Source: an uncultured Nitrososphaerales archaeon
Lineage (GTDB): Archaea > Thermoproteota > Nitrososphaeria > Nitrososphaerales > Nitrososphaeraceae
DNA: 64,000 nucleotides
Reading direction: 5' to 3'
Assembly: GCA_963709405.1 (NCBI GenBank)
Contig: CAVPXM010000054.1
Span: 32,881-96,880, forward strand
Below are positions 42,886 through 56,238 of this stretch, piece after piece. Position 1 is the stretch's first letter, and every line of letters starts with the position of its first letter. The translations under genes were made by a program, and so were the position numbers. Below the pieces are notes generated by a model, which was not told the DNA's origin, did not search any database, and worked only from the letters and a program-made list of their open reading frames with translations.

Positions 42886-43641
42886 TAAAACATTTCCCCC
42901 TCTTTTTAATTGCTACTACAAACGTGGCAATAACAAAAATTGCTTCAAAATAGTAGTATTGGTATTGGTATTGGAATTCCACTTTTAGAAAGCATAAATT
43001 GCTTGCGATAATACTAGTGGAAAAAATCTCCTGTCAAGAGTAGATCCGGTATTGAGTTGTTTATACTTCTGTCAAAAGCTTTAGCATCCTAATCGAATTA
43101 AATACTTCATATGTTATTTGAGTCAGTTTTAACATTGTCAATCCAAGCTTTCATAAATTCATTATATGCATTAATCCATGCAATGTTATGAGCTTGCCAA
43201 AATTTTATTAATTGGATTTTCTATACTCTTCATAAGTTTCACCTCGTTTTGATTCAGGCCTGGTGAATACTGCTGCTGGCTGTTGCCTTGGTTGGGCTCC
43301 AAGACAGGCCTTTTGATTTCGTCCATGGTCACATAATTTGCATCTACAAATGATTCGATGTTGAGTTGAGTCATTAATCCAAACGCCCTCACACTGTCGA
43401 CAATTTGGAATGCGAGCGCTCTATAATCAGATCAGGAATTGAAAATTTTTGTCTGAACAATCTAAACTGCCGTAGCCTCCTTTCCTTTTTGGAGTAGTTT
43501 GGATATTATTTCATCCATTGTATCATTCCATTTAGCTCGATTAGCCAACTCCTGATACGTCTGATCTTTAACTCTGATGAGTTTCGACACGTACTATCAC
43601 ACAGTAAACTTAATCAACTAGTTAATGGTGCGCACTTTTGT

Positions 43642-44792
43642 TTGGTAAAAAACTACGGTTATGAGATTGATCGTTCTATAGCATATGCTCTTTCCAAATA
43701 CTACAGCATTATCGAATCACAAAGAAGGCTTAAACAAATTATTGAGACTGAGGAATATCTTGGAAGAACAATTCATGAAAAGACTTTTCGATATCATATA
43801 AAAAGATGTTGGATGCCGGATATATTTTTAAAAACAAAGAAATAGCGTGGAAGCGTGGCAAAAAATTGCCTATATGTCTATCGTCTGAAATCCTGGATCA
43901 GATAAAGCTAGGAAATTTGATTATACAATACGATAATAATCATCGCTTACATTCATCATCATATTCTAAATTTAAGAAACATCGCAAACAAGAAGAAGAG
44001 AGACTAGAGGCCGAGTTGAAGCGTAGTGCTATATACTATATTATAATACGCGTAATGTCAATAGAAACACCACATAAATATCCTAGACTACCTGGTTTTT
44101 CTATAACTGATATCATTAAAGGACGCTTAGATGGTCATGCATTTTGGTACCTGAATCTAGATAAGTATAGAGCATTAGTTGAAGATTGTATTAAGAAATT
44201 ACAAAAAGAGAATATTGTAAAAGGCACAGAACTATCTGTCAGAGAAGAACCACGATATGAAGTAACCGATCCTATGTGGAAGGATTTTGTTATTGATTGT
44301 GAAGAACTATTAGAGAATACTATAATGCATCGGTTACACTTAGTTTGGAATAACATTCGAAGACCTAATCTGAAAGAAAGGGCAAATTATGAGTTATGCT
44401 GGGGCGAAAAGCACACTGATAGACACATGGGTTCGATTTATAATAATGCCTTTGAAAAAAAGCACAACAAGATGCCTAAAAAGACTAAATGTAGATCTAA
44501 ACGTAGATCAGAAGATGAAGATGAGGTAACTCGTCTTCTAAGATTACTAGATAATGTTATAGTAAAACATGTGGAAGAATTCAAGCAAAAGTATTATGAT
44601 TTAGTTAAAAGGCACCCCTATCTGTATAATAGGATAATAGAAACGGTCTGCCAAATATTTTTGCAAATAGAAGCAAAAAGAATGATCAGCAATCCTAAGA
44701 ACCAAAATAAGAAATATTATCCATTCATACAAGTTCATATCAAGGAAACTTCAGATCCCAATGCAGGTGGAGAGAAAATAACGTTTAGATGA
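43642..44792 (+). CDS. Hypothetical protein with N-terminal wHTH-like segment (probable frameshift near 43805)
   Basis: ORFs 43642-43845 and 43806-44792 join as IHEKTFRYHIKR/MLDAGYI across an A-run. Confidence 0.55.
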
Positions 44793-45227
44793 GAATATGT
44801 GAATTTATGGATTTACAGTCAATGAGGTCTAGCACACAAAGGATCTAACCAAAATATAATGGATAACCGAACGTTATGATTTCCATTTATATGTGTAAAA
44901 ATATTGTTATCATAGCTAGCAGAGTTGTCTTAGTGTTACTATATAAAATATTTTTTTGCTTTTCCGACTGTAAACCATATAATATTATAAATTTAGACAA
45001 CAAGTGCTATATTTGAAGCAAATGTAGCTCTTGTATATTTGCAAAAAATAAATTTCAATCCCGAATTGAAAAAAGTATGAATGTCAGAGAATAAGAAGCT
45101 TGCAATCACCAAGATAGTGAAATCCAAGGAAGAATTATGATTTGCAACCTCAAAGAGTTACCGACCATACTTTATCTATTCCTCCATTCCTCAGTCCATT
45201 TATTTGGATTTCAGGGCAACTCTGTAT

Positions 45228-45569
45228 TCATTTTTCATATTTATGACTAGATTGTTCTTGTAATATTACTGCCTTTATGTGACTACATGGAGTTTGAAAT
45301 AGAGCAAAATGTCTGCATGTGCATAACCATCCCTTATTTACGCTCTTATAGATAGAGTATTTGTTTATTCCTGAAATAACTTCATAATCAGAATCGCCTA
45401 GACGATCTATCCTCTTAATTATTGTAAACCTTTTGATCTTGCGTTGTTGATATTTACTGAAAGTTATATACTTACCAGTGTCAGTAGTAGCAGTAGCAAT
45501 GCTCCGTGGAGTAGTTGTATTAACATCATCATCATCGTCATCGCTAACTGACAAATTAATAATGATCAA
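45228..45569 (-). CDS. SWIM zinc-finger protein
   Basis: Y.V..WLCTCRHF..PCSHIKAV (CxC..CxH). Confidence 0.75.
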   Translation of the reverse strand: MIIINLSVSDDDDDDVNTTTPRSIATATTDTGKYITFSKYQQRKIKRFTIIKRIDRLGDSDYEVISGINKYSIYKSVNKGWLCTCRHFALFQTPCSHIKAVILQEQSSHKYEK

Positions 45570-46131
45570 TATTGATCTGAGTCAGTTATAATGTTATTGT
45601 CATTAATTCCAATTTATGCCTATGTACTGTATCTCAATACAATTTAGGTGCAAAATTAAGTGGGACTCTTCAATTGGATTTTTCGATACTTATTCTATAT
45701 TATCGTAGAAACTATGGGTTCATTTGGTTTTCCGCGGACTTTTATTCTTGACCCAATGACTAATATTGATTTTTGTAATTTTCAATATTATTATTACAGT
45801 ACTATATCAATATTGTGTATAATATACAACAATGATGTGAGTGAATCTTACAGTTATATATAGAATATTACAAGGTCATTTGTTATTTTAAACGAACGAA
45901 TGAAACATAATGATTTTAGTAGTGATAGTATCACATAATGGCGTCTGATCCTCACGAGAGTATTGATATGTTTAGCAAGAGCGGTATGCTACCTTCACAA
46001 TAGGACCATAGCCAAACAAACAATAATACATCATGTATGTTAGAGATTGTGCAATCGGGGTTGATATAGTTTTTGTTGAATAATTAATAATATGTTGTAT
46101 ATTGGTCAATCGTAAATTACACAAATGATTA

Positions 46132-46521
46132 TCATGATTCAACATTCATTTCTATTATGCCAAAAATATTATTCTCAGTATCTTTACAGTAAGCAATCTA
46201 ACCTGCTCCTGGAATTGACATTTTATTCATTTCAATAGTTCCACCAGAATCTATTATCCTTTTGCAGTAATCATCAATAGATGGAACATTAATTGTGCAT
46301 ATGTATCCTTGGATAGAATCATGTTTATATGAGATGGGTACGATGCGTCTCATCAATCCACCATTAATTCCACGTTGATCGTCAGGACCAGTTATGATCA
46401 AGCAATATTCTATATTGTCAAGCTGTTTAAAATCCCATCCAAATACCTTTTTATAAAATTGTATAGCTCTATTAATGTCATCGGCTTGTATTTCGAAATA
46501 TATTACCCTTGACACTACCAC
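46132..46521 (-). pseudogene. VOC/glyoxalase protein with premature TAG
   Basis: FEIQADD..RAIQFYKKVFGW..GINGG; reads on after the stop at 46198-46200 as IAYCKDTENNIFGIIE. Confidence 0.85.
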
Positions 46522-47255
46522 ATATGGTATGTGTATGACGTCAGTATAATAGTATGTTGTATATACAACTCATAGTGTAAGATAATTTCTAAACAGAAGA
46601 GTTAATTGTTCTAATTCCTGACCTTAATCTTTTGACTTGTTTTGTTTCAAATAATTCATCATCAAAAAGCGAATTATTTGTCGAAAAATATGAAGGATTA
46701 TTCTACTAACTGGAACTATCAATTTTTATTTAATAATATTTTTGTTGTATCCAATCTCCAGAAAATTGGAAAGCAATTGTATCCAAATCGGCAGAGAATA
46801 GAACTAGTGCTGTCTGTAGTCGGTTTACTTGATAGTTGAGATAACAGATTATGCCAAAATAAATTTGAAGTTTAATTGCATGGTCTTTCTCTATCTTTTT
46901 TAGTGGGACCTATCCAACACCTGTTGGTGGACGTTTGGATTCACTATGTTCCAATAATTTATGATAATTGAGTATATACCAATTTTCAAATGCCTTTTTA
47001 CATATATTACACTCAAATCTTTGTTCTCTGGCAGCAGATTTAACATGCTCTGCGGCAGCCATATACTTTTATACGAAGAGGTAATAATTAAGGTTTGCAA
47101 TAAAGGAATTCATGATACCGCTACCTCCAAAAAATCTATGCATGTGGACAATTATTATAAACTGGAATACAGAACTTCTATTGGTATAATACAGATATAG
47201 TATTTTTATCTATTAATGTGGTAACAATAATGAGGAGCAATCAATAATCGACTAA

Positions 47256-47865
47256 GAGCCTGTCCCAAAAATAGATAGACATATAGCTAGAGAGTGTCTG
47301 TTCAAAGTGTGGCTTACGACAGAATCAAGTACGTTCCAACTGTCAAAAGAATTCCTGACAAGTTATGGGATGAAATAAGATTGATACTTCCCTCAGAAAA
47401 ACCAGCGAATGCCATAGGACGTCAGACACTATCATTTAGGAAGGTACTGGATGGTATTTTGTATGTCTTAAGAACTGGATGTCAATGGAAGATGTTGCCA
47501 AAGGAATTTGGTTCGGGTTCGACATGCCATAGACGATTCCAACAATGGTCAACATCTAAGGTATTTGAAAGATTATGGACTAGATTGCTAAAAGTATATG
47601 ATGGTATAGTAGGTATTCGTTGGAAATGGCAGTCACTTGATAGTGTATCTATAAAGGCACATTTAGGGGGGAGATGACTGGGCCTAATCCTACAGATAGA
47701 GGCAAGTTAGGAACAAAACGTCATATATTGACCGATGGACAAGGTATTCCACTATCTGTTGTTATAACTGCGGCTAATACGCATGACATGAAGGCCGTTA
47801 TTAGAACGCTGAACAATATCGTATTTAAAAGATCATCTCATAAGATGTATGAAGAGGTCCTGTAG
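47256..47865 (+). mobile_element. IS5-family element, 3'-truncated
   Basis: Left end GAGCCTGTCCCAAAA after TAA; orfA LRTGCQWKMLP..STCHRRFQ; orfB TGPNPTDRGKLGTKRHILTD truncated. Confidence 0.88.
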
Positions 47866-48222
47866 TGATAGAGCAACAACAACAACATCAAGAAGTACAA
47901 GCACTAACCAGTATGTTGACACACACACGATAAGATTTTGGTAGTCTGATTTACCAATGATCAGACCAAGGGGTGTAGACGCCAATTCATATATTTAAGT
48001 ACTACCTTCAACTGTAGGATTACTATACAATTAGCTTTTTGATTTGCATATGTGAATCCAGCATAATCATAATTTGGTCTTTCTTGAGCTGTAGTACCAC
48101 AATGAATTGAGAGCTTGACTCCAAATCCACTGCTGCTACTAGCACTATTATCATTACTTCCGTTTCTTGGGTCTGTATAAAAGGTCTGTATTTAAAGTCC
48201 GTCAAAACTCTTGTATTTAATT

Positions 48223-49392
48223 GAGGCTTGGACATAATTGAATTCTATATTTTTCATATATTATTTGGTAACATATTAACTACATAACATGTGTTTGATT
48301 GATTTTGGTCGTTGACTACGTCTGGTTTTATAATTGTAGTAGACAAGGATCTGATATAGTAGTACTGACAGAAGTGCTATTCCAGCAGCCTTATGGTAGC
48401 CTCTTACTGGTAATGGGTCTATTCTAAAAACAGATTTAATATGTTCTATTAGTGGTTCTATCGATTTACTTCTCCAAGAGTAAATAGCCTGTCCTAACTC
48501 AGATTCATAGAATTGTATCAGCTCAAGTCTGTCAGTAGGGGTATGTTCATATCTTTGTACTGGACATACCAGTTCAAATCCTCTTTTTAGGTACTCAAGC
48601 CATATAGTTTATGGTCGTCATACCCAGAATCGCCTATCATGAAACATGTTTCTGGAGACAGAGATGATGATGATATCATCGGATTGTACATTTGATTATC
48701 TTGTACATTAGCAGTTGTAAAATCTGCTGCTAATGGGACTATGACGGAACCAGTACTTGATATCATATGTAGTTTGTAACCAAATATCCATCCTTTAGTA
48801 TGGCTGAATCCCCATCTTGCGTCAGTATCTATGCCAGAACGTGGTACTATACCTTTGTTCATAGATGATTTGTGCCAAACATGTCCTTTGGCTTTCAGTA
48901 AAGTACTATCTATTGCAACAATGTATGGATCTATCATCTTTTCGCATACAAACATGCAGGTCATGATAGTAATCCTTTTTTTGATGTCTGTGGATATGGT
49001 CTTAAGTCGTCTGTCAAATGTTCGCCTGTCTGGTATTTGGGTAAGACCACATCTTTTCATTATCTTCTTATTGTAAGGATAATCCAATTCTAGGAATTCA
49101 TGTAATGCATTGTTAGAATCCAGTCTAAACCATAGCCTAACTATGAAACATCTCAGAATTACAGTGGGAGAATAAACATATGGTCTGCCCCTTCTTCCCT
49201 TTTGCGATTCTGACCACGGTATCGAACCTATCAAGTACAGAATACTAAAAAGAATAGATTCACATTTACTACCATATGCTATCCTTTGGGAATGTTTGAT
49301 TATGTTTCATCACAAATTCAGACACTCAAAGGATAGCTTTATCCTAATTCATTATAGACATAAAATATGGATCTGGAATATGCCCAAGCCTC
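48223..49392 (-). mobile_element. DDE_Tnp_1-type IS (IS5/IS982-like), frameshifted transposase
   Basis: IRs GAGGCTTGG(A/G)CATA; perfect 8-bp TSD ATTTAATT (48215-48222, 49393-49400); IDST, GWIFGYKLH, GDSGYD; coding continues out of frame to ~48277. Confidence 0.88.
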
Positions 49393-49526
49393 ATTTAATT
49401 AACCCTGGATATATCATTTTTTCTATCAGGTATACTACCCAGTAGAGATTCAGGGGTTCATTTTTCTTGATGACTGCTGCCTTTATTTTTGTTGCTTCAG
49501 TATGCCAAAACCTTACAAGATTGGCT

Positions 49527-50225
49527 TTACCATGGAGTTGCCTTGCCTTCAAAGAAAAATCCTCCAGTAGGACCATTGTCTGGTAATGTTGCAGCCCATA
49601 CTATTCCTTTGGCTCCCTCTTCCACTGGACGTCCTACATGACCGCCCATATCTGTAGCTACCCATCCTGGATCAATAGAGTTAACTAAAATGCTAGTACC
49701 ATGGAGCTCAGCTGCCAGAATTCTGGTAAATGCATTCAGAGCTGCTTTGGAGACGCTATATGCTGGTGTTCCAGCAGTCATATAATGAAGAGAGCCTGCT
49801 CCACTGGAAACATTTACAATGCGGCCATACTTGTTTCTCTTCATTATAGGTATACATACTTGAGATAATCTCCAAGGTCCAAACAGATTAGTCATTAAAG
49901 CTTGATAGACAACGTCTAAATCGGCATTGATAGCATTTTGCCAGGTGTCATAGAGAATTGCTGCATTATTGACAAGTATGTCTAATTGTCCAAATTGTTT
50001 CTCTATTTGATTTGCTATCCTACTAATATTAACTTGATTTGATACATCAAGCTGATAAAATAATATGTTCAATCCTTCCTCGACTAGTAGTTTTGAAGGT
50101 ATCTTGCCTTTGGAAAAATTTCTAGAACTTAATATGACAATTATACCTAATCGTGCCAACTGACGACAAGTTTCAAATCCGAGGCCTTTATTGGAACCAG
50201 TCACAAGAGCGATTTTCTTTTTCAT
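49527..50225 (-). CDS. Short-chain dehydrogenase/reductase (carbonyl reductase-like)
   Basis: TGSNKGLG, LVNNAA, NVSS, YSVSK, DPGWVATDMGG. Confidence 0.95.
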   Translation of the reverse strand: MKKKIALVTGSNKGLGFETCRQLARLGIIVILSSRNFSKGKIPSKLLVEEGLNILFYQLDVSNQVNISRIANQIEKQFGQLDILVNNAAILYDTWQNAINADLDVVYQALMTNLFGPWRLSQVCIPIMKRNKYGRIVNVSSGAGSLHYMTAGTPAYSVSKAALNAFTRILAAELHGTSILVNSIDPGWVATDMGGHVGRPVEEGAKGIVWAATLPDNGPTGGFFFEGKATPW

Positions 50226-50506
50226 AGTGATCTACAAAATTCGAATCCATAAGAAGATTGTCTATGTATCCATATCTAGATGATCAGATTATACAAAATA
50301 TTATTAATCATCGTCATATATCTTGTGACCAGATTCAAGGTAGATCTTATTTCTGTTATTTTCACGCTCCTGCTTCTTTTTTCTACCAATTCATTCCTTG
50401 TGCTAGCATAGGCAATCTTAATATCAATTATGGATTATTGCCTTTCCTATAGTACGATCCAATGCAATCAACTTATATCAATAAATATAACTGTAATGGT
50501 CCTTTA

Positions 50507-51297
50507 ATGTCAACAATGATGATTACAGACTTATACCTTGTTTTATATGCTGCCGGAATCTTATTTTTGTTTACACTTTCCATAGGCCACTCTTCAAGCG
50601 ATGGTTTATCTGCTTTTACACAACAACCGTCGATTTCATCTGACAATGAATCCCATGGAGTTCTTGGAGCTATAAGCTTCTAATATGTGGGCTAGTAATC
50701 CTGACATGGAGATTGATGGCCATTACCATCCATATTTTAACACATCTGAATCAAAACCCGACGCACCAGCAAAAGAAAAAGGGTTCTTGATTGCCGAAGA
50801 AAAGAACAAGATTTCTTATCCATCACTCTGGATAAAGAATACCGATTTAAATCAATTTACTGGGGTTCATTCTATTCCAATTATTAACTTCCTAATACCT
50901 GATTCTTGATAGTGCAACTAGTAAAAGGAGTACTGTCGGAATAGCAAAATATATTATTGATGGTAATCACACTGCATCGTCATCGTCATCGCTATTTGAT
51001 TACGTAAAAGAAGAGCTTAACGAATTAGAGAGCAACGTAAGCTTTCAACTTAACGAATCAGCTCCAGCTATGCTTTCTAATATTAAAAATGGTGTGCATA
51101 GAATTGTCTACACTACAAACATAGTAGATAGCTCTCTATCAAATGGATTGGTAATCATGGGAGATAGAAAGACTATGTAAATAATCTCAGTAAATAATGG
51201 AGTAGTATATTTGCTTGTTTATAGTTCGAACGTAAATACGTATAATTCTTATTTGCCTACAGTGATGAAGGTATTCAATTCATTTCAGTTTAAATGA
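50507..51297 (+). pseudogene. Degraded secreted PsbP-like protein
   Basis: Signal-like start, ISYPSLW, then YLLVYSS..YNSYLPTVMKVFNSFQFK*; several stops. Confidence 0.5.
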
Positions 51298-51639
51298 GCA
51301 GTGGTATTCTGAAGTTACATGTAAATTTTAGAGCAGGTTTGGATTAAATCATTAATACCATCCATTATTTTGTATTACTGATATTAAGAATAGATGTCAA
51401 ATTTAATCCTATAGTAATCTGTTCCAACAATGGGTTACATTGTTTATGCTAGATGATTGGGGGAAATATTTGCTACGTCATTCATGTACTAATACTGCTA
51501 GTTCGAGTCATTTTCAAGATCGACTTCTCTAGTCCTAGATCGTGGGTATGCATATATTTAAAAATGCAAATAAAGAAAATATGGCTTATATCGATTGTAT
51601 GAGCCTATGAATCCTATTAGTGAGCATTCGAGGTTTACT

Positions 51640-51735
51640 TCTTAGCATATATTCCCATACCTGTAAAATCTATTGCAACAAATGGTTCATCTCCAACTAC
51701 CCATGCATTGTGGTGTATGAGTATCATATCACAAC
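51640..51735 (-). pseudogene. Cupin C-terminal remnant
   Basis: HNAWVVGDEPFVAIDFTGMGIYAKK*. Confidence 0.55.
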
Positions 51736-52018
51736 ATTAGTCGGAGTCTATTATTATAAAGTTAGTTAGTATTAGTATTCCAACATTACTAATATTATAT
51801 TTCTAGGCGGATTGAGATGAGTGTAATAAGATTGTTTACAAGTATGTAATAACAATTTCACTTAGTTCATAGAATCTAATACTTTTATCTGTAAATGATG
51901 TGACTCTAATAAGTCGCGTTTCTCATATTCATTAAATCTGTCAAAATCTTGTTTATGATAGTTACAAAACCTTTTCAATTTGATATTAAATTTAGATCGT
52001 AAAGATCTGCATTATTTA

Positions 52019-52990
52019 GAACCTATCCCAAAATTATCTTTCTACAGATGATCATAAAACAGGAGAACTGTACCAGTCCAAGGTAGTTCTCTGCCTTCTT
52101 TTCATACCGTGTGAACAGTTTTCTGAACCTGTTGTGCCATGAGTTTGTCCTTTCCACAACCCATCTTTTTGCAGAATGTTTTTTCCGGTTTAAGGAAGGT
52201 TGCGTTTCCGTCTTGACCTCCTCCTCTTTTTCACCCTTCTTTCTTTTGGGACTAATGTGCAGTACATATCCCCGCCTGATTAGTTCCTGTTCTTCTTGTG
52301 TGGAATTATATGCTTTGTCAAGACATAGATGTTGTAACCTTCTCCTTCTTCCCTTTCTTCTTGATTTCGGTTTGGATGATGATGACGGCTTTTTAATAAC
52401 TGAATTATCAACCATATCTATTACCAGTTTAATGTCATGGGTACTAGCAGATGAAATGACCGCCGAAAGCGGTATACCTTCTTTGTCTGTTAAAATGTGT
52501 CTTTTTGTGCCCAGTTTGCTCCTGTCCGTGGGATTATTTCCGGTCATCGCCCCCCTAAAGGCGATTTTATGGATATACTATCGATTGATTGCCATGTCCA
52601 GTTGATACCAATGATTCGATCATATATTTTCAGTAATCGAACCCATGTCTTTTTGAAAACATCCAGTTTATTCCATTCCTGAAACCTTCTATGGCATGTG
52701 GAACCCGATCCATACTCTTTGGGTAGCATCTTCCATTGGCACCCAGTTCTAAGGATGTATAAAACTCCATCAAGTACCTTTCTGTATCGTACAATTGGCC
52801 GACCCACTGTTTTGAGTGGTTTCTCTCTGGGTAAAATTACTTTAATCTCATCCCACAATTCATCTGGAATGGTTATGATGGTGCGATTATCCTTTTTATC
52901 ATCCTCTTTCTCATTCTTCTTCTGGATACAGGCCATACTTTAGCAAAAGCAACATCGAGCTATAATCGTATCGAATTTTGGGATAGGCTC
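52019..52990 (-). mobile_element. IS5-family element, apparently complete (two ORFs)
   Basis: IRs GAACCTATCCCAAAATT / AATTTTGGGATAGGCTC; TTA TSD; orfA 52544-52936 and orfB 52023-52547 overlapping at GGGGGGCGATGA; LDKAY, RWVVERTNSW. Confidence 0.93.
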
Positions 52991-53834
52991 TTAGATATTA
53001 TAGCAAGATGACAACTAAAATCATAGATATTCCTTATTTTAGATTATGTGTCAATAATCTATTAGTTTATATGTTTATAATTAAGAGGGATAGTCTGGTT
53101 ATCATTAGAAGTACTGACCATTGAAAAATTATTCGCCACTAGAAGAAATGGATCATTCAAAATGGCAATTCAGAATTCGAGAATGAAAGTCCAAGTCCCA
53201 TATCCGATTCAAATTTAGTAGATTGAGATTGAAATCAATTATAGAAGTATCTATTGTATCTAATATTGATCGATTAAGATTGTAACTTATGGCCCTTTAT
53301 AAAACGTAGTCATCTACTTGTGTAATCCTAAACAAAAGGACTTCTGCTACAAATGAAAGAATCTCAGTTTCATTCAATTATTATACTAGTGAATGAACAT
53401 ATTCGATGAATTGGGGAATTTATTACAACGCACTCCTCCATCAATATCTATTAGACAAAATCTATGGATTGTCATGCCACTTGGTGCTCTAATATAGCAA
53501 TCATAACTTCAAATTTTCTTCTCCTTAACTATGTACATGTCTTTACCTCCATACTATGGACAGGTACTGCAACAGGATCTTCACTTCGGTTCTAGGGGAA
53601 ACAATATAACATTGCTTAACATTGCTTTTACTTTCCTTGGCACTGTTCAGTTAGTAATGAACATATATCTTTCTGATAATGACTGAGCCTAAAGTAATAA
53701 GCGGTACCTCTTCAAGATATGATGGTTATTATTATAACTATTATTACATATTGTAACTATACTTTTCAAGCTTGTCACTAAGACATCCGGAAGACTGTGT
53801 TATATGTTTGTTAGAAGAATCATGTTTGTTAAAA

Positions 53835-53910
53835 CCTACGTTTGCTACTGCTTTTGCAAGTAATGTTTTACCGGTTCCTGAGGGACCATGAAGCAGAACA
53901 CCGTGCGGAA
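53835..53910 (-). pseudogene. AAA ATPase (Cdc48-like) Walker A fragment
   Basis: [23 protein letters not shown]. Confidence 0.7.
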
Positions 53911-53924
53911 TTTGCCGCACCAAG

Positions 53925-54632
53925 GCCTGGACATCCTTGCCACAGATTGTGGAACACCGTCAACATATGACAAAAGTTTGACTATAGGTCATTTTGTAAA
54001 TGAATACATAGAGATCTGTCGACTTTATAAGAAAGATTACAAAATCCGATAAATTGTCCTTGTTTGGTTACTGTTAGGGAGGCGACCTTGTGCTTATGTA
54101 TTCTGCTTTACATCCTGAAAAAGTGAAAAATCTAATAACTATTACTACGCCAGGAGATTTTGACCTTAATAATTCGTTACTCTGTATGGACAAAATCTAT
54201 AGATGAAGATTATATTTTGGATGCGTTTGGAAATGTACCGGGAATGCTAGTAATTTCTGCTTTTAATCTTAGAAGACCCATAGAGTATAGCCATAGATTT
54301 TTCCACTTTGAACAACCTCGCATATAGAGTCGATATTAGAATCCTTCGCAATAGAAACTTGGCTATGCCACAGTCCGCCTATAAATGGTTATAAGCAAAA
54401 TTTACTTATTAAGAATAAAATGAGTATAGAAGGATTAGATGATGATCATGTTAATACCACAGGTGTTATAGATGGGAACCAAATTCTAGTAAGGTTCTTA
54501 ATAATGTATTGACAGGTAGTAGCGATAAATATCTAGCCGAGTTTAAATTAGGACATGTCAGTCTGATGATAGGAAAAATGCTCATAAAGAACTATGGCCA
54601 AAGGTAGGAGAATGGATAAAAATCATTCATAG
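53925..54632 (+). pseudogene. phaC: Class III PHA synthase subunit remnant
   Basis: LFGYC*GG lipase box, ALHPEKVKNLITITTPGDF, DAFGNVPG, ETWL, YKQNLL, GHVSL..LWPKVGEWI; many stops and shifts. Confidence 0.8.
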
Positions 54633-54935
54633 TCTGATACACCCTTAAGGTGTCACTCTTCCCTCATATCACTTTTCATCGCTAATCCGATGATATCATT
54701 ATTTTGTAAGAACATGTATTAAATTTTCGCTAATAGTAGAAGGTAGAGAAAGAAAAAAGAAAATGAAAGATGTAATATCTATACAATCATTGATAAAGAT
54801 GACAAATTTATTCTTATAGTAATATGGAGAATTTTATGAGCAAATGGCTTTAATTCGGGAGATAAAGAAGATTGCACCTAAATACGCCAATCTTTGGTAG
54901 CTGCAGTTAAATAATATAAATGTTATAGATAAATA

Positions 54936-55226
54936 TTGAGTACCATAGTTAAAAGCGGTAAGGCGACTGTTCAATCTTCAAATTCTTTTAATTCATTACT
55001 CAATTCAATACGACAAGAATCACCACTGATAAGCGGTATCGATGATGCTATTGATAAACTTGATCTGGCAGATGGCTTAAAGAAATTACTGCTAACTTAC
55101 GGCTTTACATTAGAGTTATTGCTGACTATGTCATCAAACGATCTAGCTGAAATACTTGGCATTGATAAATATGTAGCAGATATTATTATAAATTCTGCTA
55201 TAAATAGTAAGGAACTCCTAGAATGA
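54936..55226 (+). CDS. Hypothetical protein
   Basis: IDKLDLADGLKKLL..DLAEILGIDKYVADII (HhH-like). Confidence 0.6.
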   Translation: MSTIVKSGKATVQSSNSFNSLLNSIRQESPLISGIDDAIDKLDLADGLKKLLLTYGFTLELLLTMSSNDLAEILGIDKYVADIIINSAINSKELLE

Positions 55227-56238
55227 AGGTATTTTGTTTTATCATCTAGATACAATTTTCGAAATGCAAACCTCAACGAGTTAGTCATAAAGTTAGATTA
55301 CATTATAGTATCTATTTGATAGGCTGATATCGTCATTGGTCCTGTTGGCAAGGTAATTGTCTGTTTTCTTCCTCGTCTAATATATCAGACGGATCTATTA
55401 TCAATTGTTCACTAGTTCGTTCTTTTCGAAAGAATCCGATTTCAAACTATATCTTCTATTGCTTGAGATTTATTGTCATTTTTATTATTGTTTTTTGTAG
55501 CATTATTTAGCTTATCATCAGTTTTCTTGATCTTAATCGTAGAATTATTTTGATTCGACAAATATCATCTATCATCTATATAATCTTATTATATCACATT
55601 ACCGACTGATTTTTCAACATCTGCAATATCATTGTATGCTCTATCGGGAAGCCTATTTAATATGTTCAGAATTTCATTTAAATTGCTTGAATTAATTTTA
55701 GGTATTTTCTTCTTTGCATAATTTTTAGACTATCTTTATTCTTTGGAAAGTGTATTCCTGTCTGAAGGTTTGCAATCGTAGCTGCAGATATTGAAGATGT
55801 AGCGACACTGCAGGCAAGAGGTCTAATATGTAATATCTATTTATGAATGCATAGATTATAAGCACATGCGAAATCGTGCTCTTCTCCTCATAATGTTGAC
55901 TTTGTATTAACCATTTTTTATCTTTCAGAAGTAGAGAGTTGGTTTATCATAATGAAATAGCGAGTATTTCTCTAGCTCGCAAATCTTCTGTGATGATGTA
56001 CAATAGTAAGTCCCTCATTGGTTCCACAAAATCATTATTCCATGAAGAAGTTTTATTCGATATATATTGATACATCCTTCCTAGGCCTGTGATTTTGACT
56101 AACTCGGAATAGCCAGCAACAGTATCTGAAAGTTCCTTAATGAACCTTTCTTCTCTAAACCTTACATAACAAACATTTTTCAATGCTAATGTAATAATAG
56201 TGGCAGATAATTTGATGGCTGATAAGACCAGAACGAGA

